NCBI GenBank assembly: GCA_029261065.1
Contig: JAJDCB010000022.1
Span: 443-64,442 of the forward strand
DNA length: 64,000 bases
Origin: Candidatus Omnitrophota bacterium
Lineage (GTDB): Bacteria > Omnitrophota > Gorgyraeia > Zapsychrales > Zapsychraceae
Direction of reading: 5' to 3'
Shown here in pieces: positions 38,845-46,633 of the stretch. The translations under genes were made by a program, and so were the position numbers. The notes below the pieces were generated by a model that saw only the letters and a program-made list of their open reading frames with translations, did not search any database and had not been told where the DNA came from. Each line of letters begins with the position of its first letter. The stretch's first letter is position 1.

Positions 38845-40449
38845 ATGGGATCATTTGAAAAATTAGGATTATCACAAGACACTCTTGGTGTATTAAAGCG
38901 TAAAGGTTTTGAAGAACCTACGCCCATACAAGAAAAGGCGATTCCCGCCGTATTATTAGGGAAAAAAGATATTGTTGGGCAAGCTCAGACAGGGACTGGA
39001 AAAACGGCGGCTTTTGGATTGCCTATTATTGAGTTATTAAAAGAGAAGTCAAAAGCTGTTCAGGCCATTGTTCTAGCTCCAACCCGCGAGTTGGCTATTC
39101 AGGTGGCTGAGGAGATGCATTCTCTAAAGGGAAAGAAAAAGTTAAGTATTATTCCTATTTATGGTGGGCAATCTATCGATCTTCAGTTAAGACGATTACG
39201 TAAAGGTGTTGATATCGTTGTTGGTACACCAGGGCGAGTATTAGATCATCTTAAAAGACGGACATTAAAATTAGATCAGATTTCTTTTATGGTATTAGAT
39301 GAAGCGGATGAAATGTTGAATATGGGATTTTTTGAGGATGTTAAAGCCATTATGGATCAGACTTCGCAAGACAAACGTGTGATGCTATTTTCTGCTACGA
39401 TGCCTAATGAAATTATGCAAATTTCTAAAAAGTATATGAAGGATTATGAAATTCTCAAAGTGGTCTCTGATCAGCTAACAGGTAGTCGAACCGATCAATT
39501 ATATTTTGAAGTGGCGGCCCAAGATAAATTTGAATCTTTATGTCGCATTATTGATATTGAAGATAATTTTTATGGGCTTGTATTTTGTCGAACAAAAATT
39601 GATGTTGATAAAGTGGCTAATCATCTTATGGAACGCGGTTATGATTCAGCCGCCCTTCATGGAGACATGTCGCAAACGTTAAGAGAAAGAATTTTAAATA
39701 AGTTTAAAAAAAGACAAGTTAACATTCTTGTTGCAACAGATGTCGCGGCCCGAGGTATTGATGTTCAGGATATATCACATGTCATCAATTTTGCTCTTCC
39801 TCAAGATTCTGAATCGTATGTTCACAGAATTGGACGCACGGGTCGTGCGGGTAAGGAAGGCGTTGCGATTACTTTTGTGACACCAGAAGAATATCGAAAG
39901 CTAAAAGTTATCACAAGAAAAGTAAAGACAGATATTCGTAAGGCTAAGCTTCCTAAAGTTAGCGATATTATTGAATCAAAGCGAAAAAAGATTAAAACGC
40001 AGTTAGGGGAAATCGTTCGTTCTGATCGAAAGCAAGAATATACCGATCTTGCTCAAGAACTTTTAAAGGAAAATGACTCCCAAGAGATATTGGGAGCCTT
40101 GTTACAACATACATTTCAAGGTGTGCTAGATGTCAGCAGTTATGCTCTAGTTGAAGAAGGGGTTGTTGATAGAAAGGGTAAGACTCGACTTTTTGTTCAG
40201 CAGGGAAAAGATAATGGGCTGACTAACGCGAAGCTTGTTAAAATTATTGTAGATAAATGTTCCATTACAAGTGAAAAAATTCGCGATATTCAAATTTTTG
40301 ATAGATTTGCGTTTGTCACGTTGCCGTTTCATGAAGCAGAAACGGTTCTAAGTTTTTTTAAGAGAAATAGACAGTCAGGCTTTTATATTACAAAAGCAAA
40401 GCAAGATCGTACACGTACAAGTGCACGTACACGTACACGAAGACGATAA
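38845..40449 (+). CDS. deaD: DEAD-box RNA helicase with DbpA-type C-terminal domain (DeaD/CsdA-like)
   Basis: AQTGTGKT, PTRELA, DEAD, SAT and HRIGRTGRAG. Confidence 0.9.
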   Translation: MGSFEKLGLSQDTLGVLKRKGFEEPTPIQEKAIPAVLLGKKDIVGQAQTGTGKTAAFGLPIIELLKEKSKAVQAIVLAPTRELAIQVAEEMHSLKGKKKLSIIPIYGGQSIDLQLRRLRKGVDIVVGTPGRVLDHLKRRTLKLDQISFMVLDEADEMLNMGFFEDVKAIMDQTSQDKRVMLFSATMPNEIMQISKKYMKDYEILKVVSDQLTGSRTDQLYFEVAAQDKFESLCRIIDIEDNFYGLVFCRTKIDVDKVANHLMERGYDSAALHGDMSQTLRERILNKFKKRQVNILVATDVAARGIDVQDISHVINFALPQDSESYVHRIGRTGRAGKEGVAITFVTPEEYRKLKVITRKVKTDIRKAKLPKVSDIIESKRKKIKTQLGEIVRSDRKQEYTDLAQELLKENDSQEILGALLQHTFQGVLDVSSYALVEEGVVDRKGKTRLFVQQGKDNGLTNAKLVKIIVDKCSITSEKIRDIQIFDRFAFVTLPFHEAETVLSFFKRNRQSGFYITKAKQDRTRTSARTRTRRR

Positions 40450-40453
40450 GACT

Positions 40454-41170
40454 ATGATTAATTTATTAGATGGTGATATTCAACATTCTAATCTTTTTGT
40501 TCATATGCCTTTGTTCGACGAAATCTTTTACGAAGGATTTCTAGAGGGAAAGGTAAGAAAGTATAGAGCTGTTCGTGAAGATCAACCTTGTCAGATATTA
40601 GTGCTTAATGTTATCCGCAAAGATGAAGATGTTGTTTGGGATGCGATGGAAGATTTGTTAAAACGTAGTGTCATTGAAGCCAAGCATAGTGCACATGGGG
40701 TATATGTCTTAGATTTGTTAACACTCGATATTCATAGTGAAATTCAAACGTTTAATCCTAATGAACTTACAACAACTATTCTTAATCATACACGTAAGTG
40801 TGCGCCTGGCGAACAGCGGCTAATCAAATATTCATCTGTGTATGGAATGTTACAAAAGACACTTGCTGAAGATTGGGGGAAAATTATTTTTAAAACGGCT
40901 GTTGAGGTTTTTAAAGATAAGCCCCACTTTCTAGACGTTTTGGTAAAACAATTGTTGAAAAACTTTGAGTTTTCCAACGATCCTGGTATTCTACTGTTAA
41001 ACGATCTGAGTTTAGATCCCCTTTTTAATGCTGAAGATTCACTTCAGGTTGAACGTTTAAATAAAGTTATTGAAAAACAAATACCTAAATCTATTGATTT
41101 CCCGCCTGAGGTTTATATTCAAGATAAAAATGGTGTTAGAGAGTTACTCTCAGGCTCGGTCATCCATTAA
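40454..41170 (+). CDS. Hypothetical cytoplasmic protein
   Basis: Long ORF directly after the helicase; no recognised motif. Confidence 0.7.
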   Translation: MINLLDGDIQHSNLFVHMPLFDEIFYEGFLEGKVRKYRAVREDQPCQILVLNVIRKDEDVVWDAMEDLLKRSVIEAKHSAHGVYVLDLLTLDIHSEIQTFNPNELTTTILNHTRKCAPGEQRLIKYSSVYGMLQKTLAEDWGKIIFKTAVEVFKDKPHFLDVLVKQLLKNFEFSNDPGILLLNDLSLDPLFNAEDSLQVERLNKVIEKQIPKSIDFPPEVYIQDKNGVRELLSGSVIH

Positions 41171-41192
41171 AAGTTGATATAAAAATTACGCA

Positions 41193-42107
41193 ATGCCTCT
41201 TCCAGTAAAAAAAAGAGACCTTTTAAATACCCTTGCCATTACAAGTCTATTTTTCGTCCAATGGATTATCAGTCATCTCCCCTTTAAATTTGTTAGTTTT
41301 TTTATGGAAATTCAATTTAACATCGCTTGTTTAATGATGCCACGTGTGTCTAATATTTGCGAAAGAACTTTGGAGTCCGTGTATGGGGCTTCAAAAACTA
41401 AAAGTGAATATAAAGAAATGAGATGCGAGTGTATTAAAAACATTGGTCGATGTATGATTGATTTGAATTATTACCTGGATCATACAGACCTTCTGGCCAA
41501 GAGATCGACTGTGCATAATGAACATCATTTACAAAAAGCATTGGAGGCAGGAAAGGGCGCGATTGTTATTACGGGTCATATGGGAAATTTTCCTTTGATG
41601 TTTGTTCAACTTATTAAGATGGGATATAAGGTAAATGTTGTTATTCGGCCTATGCGCAGTAACGCATTTGGTGATTTTATGTATCGTTTGTGTGCGCGAG
41701 GCGAAGTTAATATGATAGAGACTTCTCCTCCAAGAGAGTTTTTTAAGCGGTCTTTAACAGCATTGAGAAATAATGAATTGTTATTTATTTTGTATGATGA
41801 GCCTTTGGAGGCGGGAGATGGTGCTGAGGTGGATTTTTTAGGAGGAAAAGTAGTAAGACCTAGGGGTCCTTTGATGTTACATGAAAGGTCCAAAGCTCCT
41901 ATTTTGCCGATGTTTATTGTCAAAGATGAAAAGTCTCACTTTCAAATATTTATAGAAGATGTGTTAGCTGTTGGGCAATCTAATACCGAAAGAGATAACT
42001 ATATATCTCAATTAACGCAGACGATTGAGGAATATGTACGTAAATACCCGTTACAATGGGGTGGTTGGTTAAACAAAAGAAATATTAGAAGCAGTGTTTC
42101 CAAATGA
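41193..42107 (+). CDS. Lipid A lauroyl/lysophospholipid acyltransferase (LpxL family)
   Basis: GKGAIVITGHMGNF and IEEYVRKYPLQW. Confidence 0.82.
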   Translation: MPLPVKKRDLLNTLAITSLFFVQWIISHLPFKFVSFFMEIQFNIACLMMPRVSNICERTLESVYGASKTKSEYKEMRCECIKNIGRCMIDLNYYLDHTDLLAKRSTVHNEHHLQKALEAGKGAIVITGHMGNFPLMFVQLIKMGYKVNVVIRPMRSNAFGDFMYRLCARGEVNMIETSPPREFFKRSLTALRNNELLFILYDEPLEAGDGAEVDFLGGKVVRPRGPLMLHERSKAPILPMFIVKDEKSHFQIFIEDVLAVGQSNTERDNYISQLTQTIEEYVRKYPLQWGGWLNKRNIRSSVSK

Positions 42108-42136
42108 CATTATTTTCTTTATAATATTTGATACCT

Positions 42137-42679
42137 ATGGAAGGCAGCGCTTTGAAGACAAAAAAAATAAAATTGATTCTTGGTCATGCAGGCAAACAAC
42201 ACGATGATGCTTTAACTTTAGATATTGATTCTCAGCATAATCCAGACGTTGTGCATGATTTAAACACTGTTCCCTATCCTTTTAAAGATAACCAATTTGA
42301 AATTATTGTCTGCCATCACGTTCTTGAACACTTAAACGATCTTCCGCCAGTTATGGATGAGTTGTATCGTATTTGTTCGCCGCAAGGAGAAGTTTGTATT
42401 GAAGTGCCTCATCATAGTTCTTGGATGGCTGATGTGCCAGAACATAAATTGCGTTTTAATTACTTTGCTTTTGATGGTTATATTAAGGATGGAACCAATA
42501 AGTGGCTTTTGGGTAAAAAATATAGATGTCTTAAAAAAGAAATTACTTTTCATAGACGTTTTAGGCGATTAGGTTTGCATAAACTTTTTAATCGTTATCC
42601 AAAAGAGTATGAAAGTTTTTGGAAATTTATGTGTCCAGCTGAACATCTTAAGGTAACGCTACAACCTTTAAAGGATTAA
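42137..42679 (+). CDS. Class I SAM-dependent methyltransferase-like protein
   Basis: DVVHDLN..PYPF.DN.F, HVLEHL and EVPH. Confidence 0.8.
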   Translation: MEGSALKTKKIKLILGHAGKQHDDALTLDIDSQHNPDVVHDLNTVPYPFKDNQFEIIVCHHVLEHLNDLPPVMDELYRICSPQGEVCIEVPHHSSWMADVPEHKLRFNYFAFDGYIKDGTNKWLLGKKYRCLKKEITFHRRFRRLGLHKLFNRYPKEYESFWKFMCPAEHLKVTLQPLKD

Positions 42680-42681
42680 CC

Positions 42682-43065
42682 ATGGACGATGATCTAAAAC
42701 CATTTTTTATTGCAACAGAAAAAGACGATTTCATTATTGTAGAGATGGGTGGGGTTCTTAATGCATCCACGGCTCCAGAATCACGAAAGATGATTGAGGC
42801 TATAATTGAGAAGCATGAGATATATAAACGCAGAAATTTAAAAATATTAGTTGATTACAAGCAGGTCAAAGATGTAGATAGTTCTACTATTGCTGGTATC
42901 CTCGATCGAATTAACGAACACAAGAAGCATTATCATACCATTGCTTTTATTAATGTTCCGGAAGATTTTAAAAGTATTATCGAAATTAATAAGTTGGAGG
43001 GTGAGGTTTTAATTTTTGATACGGAGAAAGAGGCGATCTTGGAGTTAAAGAAGAAGTCTCAATAG
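42682..43065 (+). CDS. STAS domain protein (anti-sigma factor antagonist-like)
   Basis: GVLNASTAP, VDYKQVKDVDSST and IFDTEKEA. Confidence 0.85.
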   Translation: MDDDLKPFFIATEKDDFIIVEMGGVLNASTAPESRKMIEAIIEKHEIYKRRNLKILVDYKQVKDVDSSTIAGILDRINEHKKHYHTIAFINVPEDFKSIIEINKLEGEVLIFDTEKEAILELKKKSQ

Positions 43066-43088
43066 ATAATCAAGGGTATTAAACCTAT

Positions 43089-43122
43089 CTGGAATTTCGT
43101 TAAAGCTTCGAAATTCCTAAAT
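43089..43122. repeat. Intergenic hairpin repeat, copy 2
   Basis: CTGGAATTTCGTTAAAGCTTCGAAATTCCTAAAT is the reverse complement of 34167-34200. Confidence 0.85.
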
Positions 43123-43161
43123 AAACGTAGTTTTGGCAAAATAGAGATAAGCCTTTTTTTG

Positions 43162-43317
43162 TTGACGAACTAGTAATCTTGATTCATAATTTGGATTGAG
43201 TAAATGAAGCATGCGGGATCTTTAACCGCCAGGAAAGTGTTCTGGTTCTTGGCGTGTTTTTTAGTTCTTCTGCTTACTGTTATTTGCTCGTTAATTTTTA
43301 AAAGGAGGCAGTAAATA
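43162..43317 (+). promoter_or_regulatory. csp promoter and structured 5' UTR (copy 2)
   Basis: TTGACG-N17-CATAAT. GAGTAAAT(43198) pairs with ATTTGCTC(43282-43289), enclosing a hairpin plus U-tract. Confidence 0.65.
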
Positions 43318-43518
43318 ATGGTAAAAGGAACAGTAAAGTGGTTTAGTAACCAAAAAGGCTATGGTTTCATTACACCAGAGTCAGGTAAAGATGTGTTTGT
43401 TCACCACTCAGAAATTCAAGGAGATGGCTACAAAACATTGGAAGAAGGAGAAGCGGTTGAGTTTGAGGTTGAGGATGGAGAAAAAGGTGAGCAAGCTAAA
43501 AATGTCGTAAAATCATAA
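43318..43518 (+). CDS. csp: Cold-shock protein
   Basis: GTVKWF, KGYGFI and DVFVH. Confidence 0.97.
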   Translation: MVKGTVKWFSNQKGYGFITPESGKDVFVHHSEIQGDGYKTLEEGEAVEFEVEDGEKGEQAKNVVKS

Positions 43519-43530
43519 TTGAAATAAAAG

Positions 43531-43562
43531 AAAAGGCCCAGCCAAAAGCTGGGTCTTTTTTT
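43531..43562 (+). terminator. Intrinsic terminator
   Basis: AAAAGGCCCAGC-CAAAA-GCTGGGTCTTTTTTT. Confidence 0.85.
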
Positions 43563-43638
43563 ATGCAAAAAATGGGATCTTTAAGCTCCACTTTAAAAAT
43601 TCCTTGACTTTTAAATGAATTTTTAATAAAGTGTTTTT

Positions 43639-43762
43639 AAATAAGTTGACATCTAACTTATTTAATTAAGAAAATATTTTATTTTCTTATCACCCAAGTC
43701 TAATCATTTGGAAGGATTTGGGTTTTTATTTCACAATATATAAGTTGATATACGACTTATTT
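43639..43762. promoter_or_regulatory. Two 19-bp palindromic operator boxes upstream of the porin
   Basis: TAAGTTGACATCTAACTTA (43642-43660) and TAAGTTGATATACGACTTA (43741-43759). Confidence 0.65.
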
Positions 43763-43873
43763 GTATTGATACATTGATATATTTTTATATAAGTTTAATG
43801 TTATCAGTAATTTACGCGTCTAGATGTGCGGAGCAAATTTTTTTAATTACTTTAATCAACAATGGAGGAGTAA

Positions 43874-45235
43874 ATGAAGAAGGTTAGAATATTGGTTGCA
43901 GCAATTATGATTTTGTTATTAATGGGGCAGCCCGTGTTTGCTAATGATGTTGGCGAATTAAAAGCGATGGTTGAGCAATTGCGTCATGATTATGAGACAA
44001 AAATCGAATTTCTTGAGTCGAAGATTGAACAGCTAGAATCTAATCATAATCAGCAAGTTCAAGAACAGGTAGCTGAGTTAACCGAACAAATCAAAGAAGA
44101 TATTAAAGAAGAAAGTATGAACGTAGAATACGTTGGCCGGCACAACGCCGATTTTGGACATGGTGGGGTTGTTGTTGATAGTTTGATGGGTGATGCGCAA
44201 GTTGCTGTTGGTGGTTATACAGATATGGAATATCGAGATTTAAATAATTCCGAATCAACGTTTCGTCAACATCGGTTTGTTATTAATGTGGCAGCTCAAG
44301 TGACAGATCGTATTCGTTTTAATTCGGAATTTGAACTCGAGTATGGCGGTCCTGATGCTGCCGCTGGTGATGGAGAGGCAAAAGTTGAGCAAGCGTATGT
44401 GGATTATCTTATTAATGATATGATTAATGTTCGCGGTGGAGCGATTTTAGCGCCGTTTGGTCGTTATAATCTTTATCACGATTCTGATTCAGTAGATTTA
44501 ACAGACAGACCTTTGCTGGCACGTGACATTATTCCAACAACGTGGACAGAGGCTGGTTTCGGATTGTTTGGAGAGTTTGATCCTGTCTTTGGTTCTTATG
44601 AAGATATGTTAGTTAATTATGAAGTCTATGCGGTTAATGGACTTGATGCGGGTTTTTCAGATACAGGATTTCGAGGAGCGCGTAATAGTTTAAAAACAGA
44701 TAACAATGACGGTAAAGCCGTTGTTGGGCGAGCCGTTCTCAGCCCTTTTCTTAGCCAAGAGTTTGGAGTCAGTGGCTACTGGGGAGAATACAATGGTTCA
44801 GGAGATGCGATCACCGGTGTTGCTTTTGATACCTTTAATTCGTTAGGCCCTGTTGAACTTATTTCAGAGTATGCCTATTTTGATGTTGAAGAATCTCCAA
44901 CAGCATCAAGTGATGTGGCCAATTATTTACAAGGGGCGTATGTTCAATTGAATTATCATTTCTGGCCTAAATTTTTAAATGGTACGTTTTTAGGAAGAAA
45001 CTTTGAGGATCCTACCTTTACACTTGTTAGTCGCTATGGATGGGCCAATATTAAAGATGATATTGATGCAGCCTCAGGTGACAACGAAGAAAAACGTTAT
45101 ACTTTTGGTTTCAATTATCGTCCTATTGATAACTTTGTCGTAAAGTTTGAATATCAATTGAATGATACGGATAACGAATCTCTTGAGGCCGGAGATGGGG
45201 ATGGTTTTATAACATCTTTTGCATTAGGATTTTAA
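43874..45235 (+). CDS. Outer-membrane porin (OprO/P-like) with N-terminal coiled coil
   Basis: Signal peptide, coiled coil, RFNSEFELE, VEQAYVD, IIPTTW, VVKFEYQ and terminal Phe. Confidence 0.8.
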   Translation: MKKVRILVAAIMILLLMGQPVFANDVGELKAMVEQLRHDYETKIEFLESKIEQLESNHNQQVQEQVAELTEQIKEDIKEESMNVEYVGRHNADFGHGGVVVDSLMGDAQVAVGGYTDMEYRDLNNSESTFRQHRFVINVAAQVTDRIRFNSEFELEYGGPDAAAGDGEAKVEQAYVDYLINDMINVRGGAILAPFGRYNLYHDSDSVDLTDRPLLARDIIPTTWTEAGFGLFGEFDPVFGSYEDMLVNYEVYAVNGLDAGFSDTGFRGARNSLKTDNNDGKAVVGRAVLSPFLSQEFGVSGYWGEYNGSGDAITGVAFDTFNSLGPVELISEYAYFDVEESPTASSDVANYLQGAYVQLNYHFWPKFLNGTFLGRNFEDPTFTLVSRYGWANIKDDIDAASGDNEEKRYTFGFNYRPIDNFVVKFEYQLNDTDNESLEAGDGDGFITSFALGF

Positions 45236-45237
45236 GA

Positions 45238-45822
45238 ATGAACAAAGTTTCTTTTTCAAATAATGTTCGTAATGGAAGGGTTGTATTTTTATTGCTAGCC
45301 GTGTTTATCAGCAGCCTGCTAATATCATCGAATATTTATGCTGAAGAAATACTCATATCACGGGATAAAGCCTTAGCCCAAGCTTTTCCAAATGCTAGCC
45401 GTTTTACAAAAGAAGAATTTGTTCTCACCCCAGATCAAATAAGGAAATTAAAAACTGAAGCCAAGATTCGGATTGGTCCGAAACATCAATCGAAAATCAC
45501 CTTGTTTACCGCCAAAAAAGACGAGCAGGTTCTTGGTTATGTCTTTGAAGATGTTGTTCTGGGTAAGTGGGGTATCATTCATTATGTGTTGGCATTGAAT
45601 AAAAAGGGCGCCGTCTTAAAGGTGATCATTCTCGATTATTCAGAGATCCGAGGTCGTCCGATTGCCAGAAATCGGTTCTTAAAGCAATATAAAGGAAAGA
45701 CTTACAGAAATCCTGTGCGCTTAAAAAAAGACATTGATGGCATCTCAGGAGCAACCATATCATCTCGTTCTATTACAGATGGTATCCGAAAATTGTTACA
45801 TATTTTTAAAGATTACAAATAA
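45238..45822 (+). CDS. FMN-binding (flavinylated) exported protein
   Basis: DIDGISGATISS flavinylation motif and YSEIRG. Confidence 0.88.
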   Translation: MNKVSFSNNVRNGRVVFLLLAVFISSLLISSNIYAEEILISRDKALAQAFPNASRFTKEEFVLTPDQIRKLKTEAKIRIGPKHQSKITLFTAKKDEQVLGYVFEDVVLGKWGIIHYVLALNKKGAVLKVIILDYSEIRGRPIARNRFLKQYKGKTYRNPVRLKKDIDGISGATISSRSITDGIRKLLHIFKDYK

Positions 45823-45841
45823 ATTCTTACCTATTTTTGGG

Positions 45842-45896
45842 TTGACACAGCATTGTTGTTTGATTACAATCAAATAAGTCATTTGAGAACTTATTT
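45842..45896 (+). promoter_or_regulatory. feo promoter with 19-bp operator box
   Basis: TTGACA(45842)-17 nt-TACAAT(45865), followed by AAATAAGTCATTTGAGAACTTATTT (45872-45896). Confidence 0.75.
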
Positions 45897-45956
45897 CAAT
45901 GAGAAGTGCGAATGGACCCCGCCAAAGGCGTGGTTTTTTTCTAGGAGAATGTGGTT

Positions 45957-46097
45957 ATGCAAATGGCTGTCGTTATATTATTAATCATTTTGAGTGTGCT
46001 TTATTTAACCAGGCATTTTCTTTTAAAATTCACACAGACAAAAAATGGCGGTTGTTCAACGTGTGGTGTCGATAAGAGTGACAACAAAGGACTATAA
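45957..46097 (+). CDS. FeoB-associated Cys-rich small membrane protein (absent from the ORF track)
   Basis: AGGAG RBS; MQMAVVILLIILSVLYLTRHFLLKFTQTKNGGCSTCGVDKSDNKGL*; TAATG overlap with feoA. Confidence 0.8.
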   Translation: MQMAVVILLIILSVLYLTRHFLLKFTQTKNGGCSTCGVDKSDNKGL

Positions 46098-46351
46098 TGG
46101 AAACAGATTATCTTCAAGCAGATAACAGTACTGAAAAAAATCTTTGTGATGTTAGTTGTGGTGCTTGTGTTCGTATTACAGAACTTGTAGGTGACCCCGA
46201 ACTGTGTAAACGCCTTCGAGAGATGGGGCTTTGTGAGAGTGAAAGTATTCGAAAAGTTTCTGATCAAGGCGCTTTAATCTGTGATGTCAAAAATAGTCGT
46301 GTTGCTATTAGTCAACACGTCGCTCAAAGTATTAAAGTTCTTGAAATTTAA
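46097..46351 (+). CDS. feoA: FeoA-family protein
   Basis: RLREMGL and SRVAIS; in the feo operon. Confidence 0.82.
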   Translation: METDYLQADNSTEKNLCDVSCGACVRITELVGDPELCKRLREMGLCESESIRKVSDQGALICDVKNSRVAISQHVAQSIKVLEI

Positions 46352-46373
46352 TAATCCTCTATAAAAACTCACC

Positions 46374-46622
46374 ATGAACGCTGTGCAAAAAGAATCAAAA
46401 TTATTAAGTGATCTAAAAAAAGGCGATCAAGCTGAAATCGTCAATTTTGTTGACGATGGTCCTCTTTCACAACGACTAGCAGAGATGGGTGTGACCCCGG
46501 GTGAAAAAGTTGAGATTATTCGTTTTGCTCCTTTAGGTGATCCTATTGAAATCAAAATCAGAGGCTATAATCTTTCATTACGTAAAGAAGAAGCCGATCT
46601 CATCAAAGTAAGCATGTCATAA
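46374..46622 (+). CDS. feoA: FeoA-family protein
   Basis: RLAEMGVTPG, APLGDPIEI and LSLRKEEA. Confidence 0.95.
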   Translation: MNAVQKESKLLSDLKKGDQAEIVNFVDDGPLSQRLAEMGVTPGEKVEIIRFAPLGDPIEIKIRGYNLSLRKEEADLIKVSMS

Positions 46623-46633
46623 CCCTATTTGCT

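Noticed and set aside
40408-40446. CGTACA short tandem repeat
   Set aside because: Simply encodes the basic RTRTSARTRTRRR tail of the helicase.
45881-45901. Classical Fur box upstream of feo
   Set aside because: Only a partial match to GATAATGATAATCATTATC; the overlapping TAAGTY-N7-AACTTA motif recurs four times and explains the site better. Fur is not excluded.
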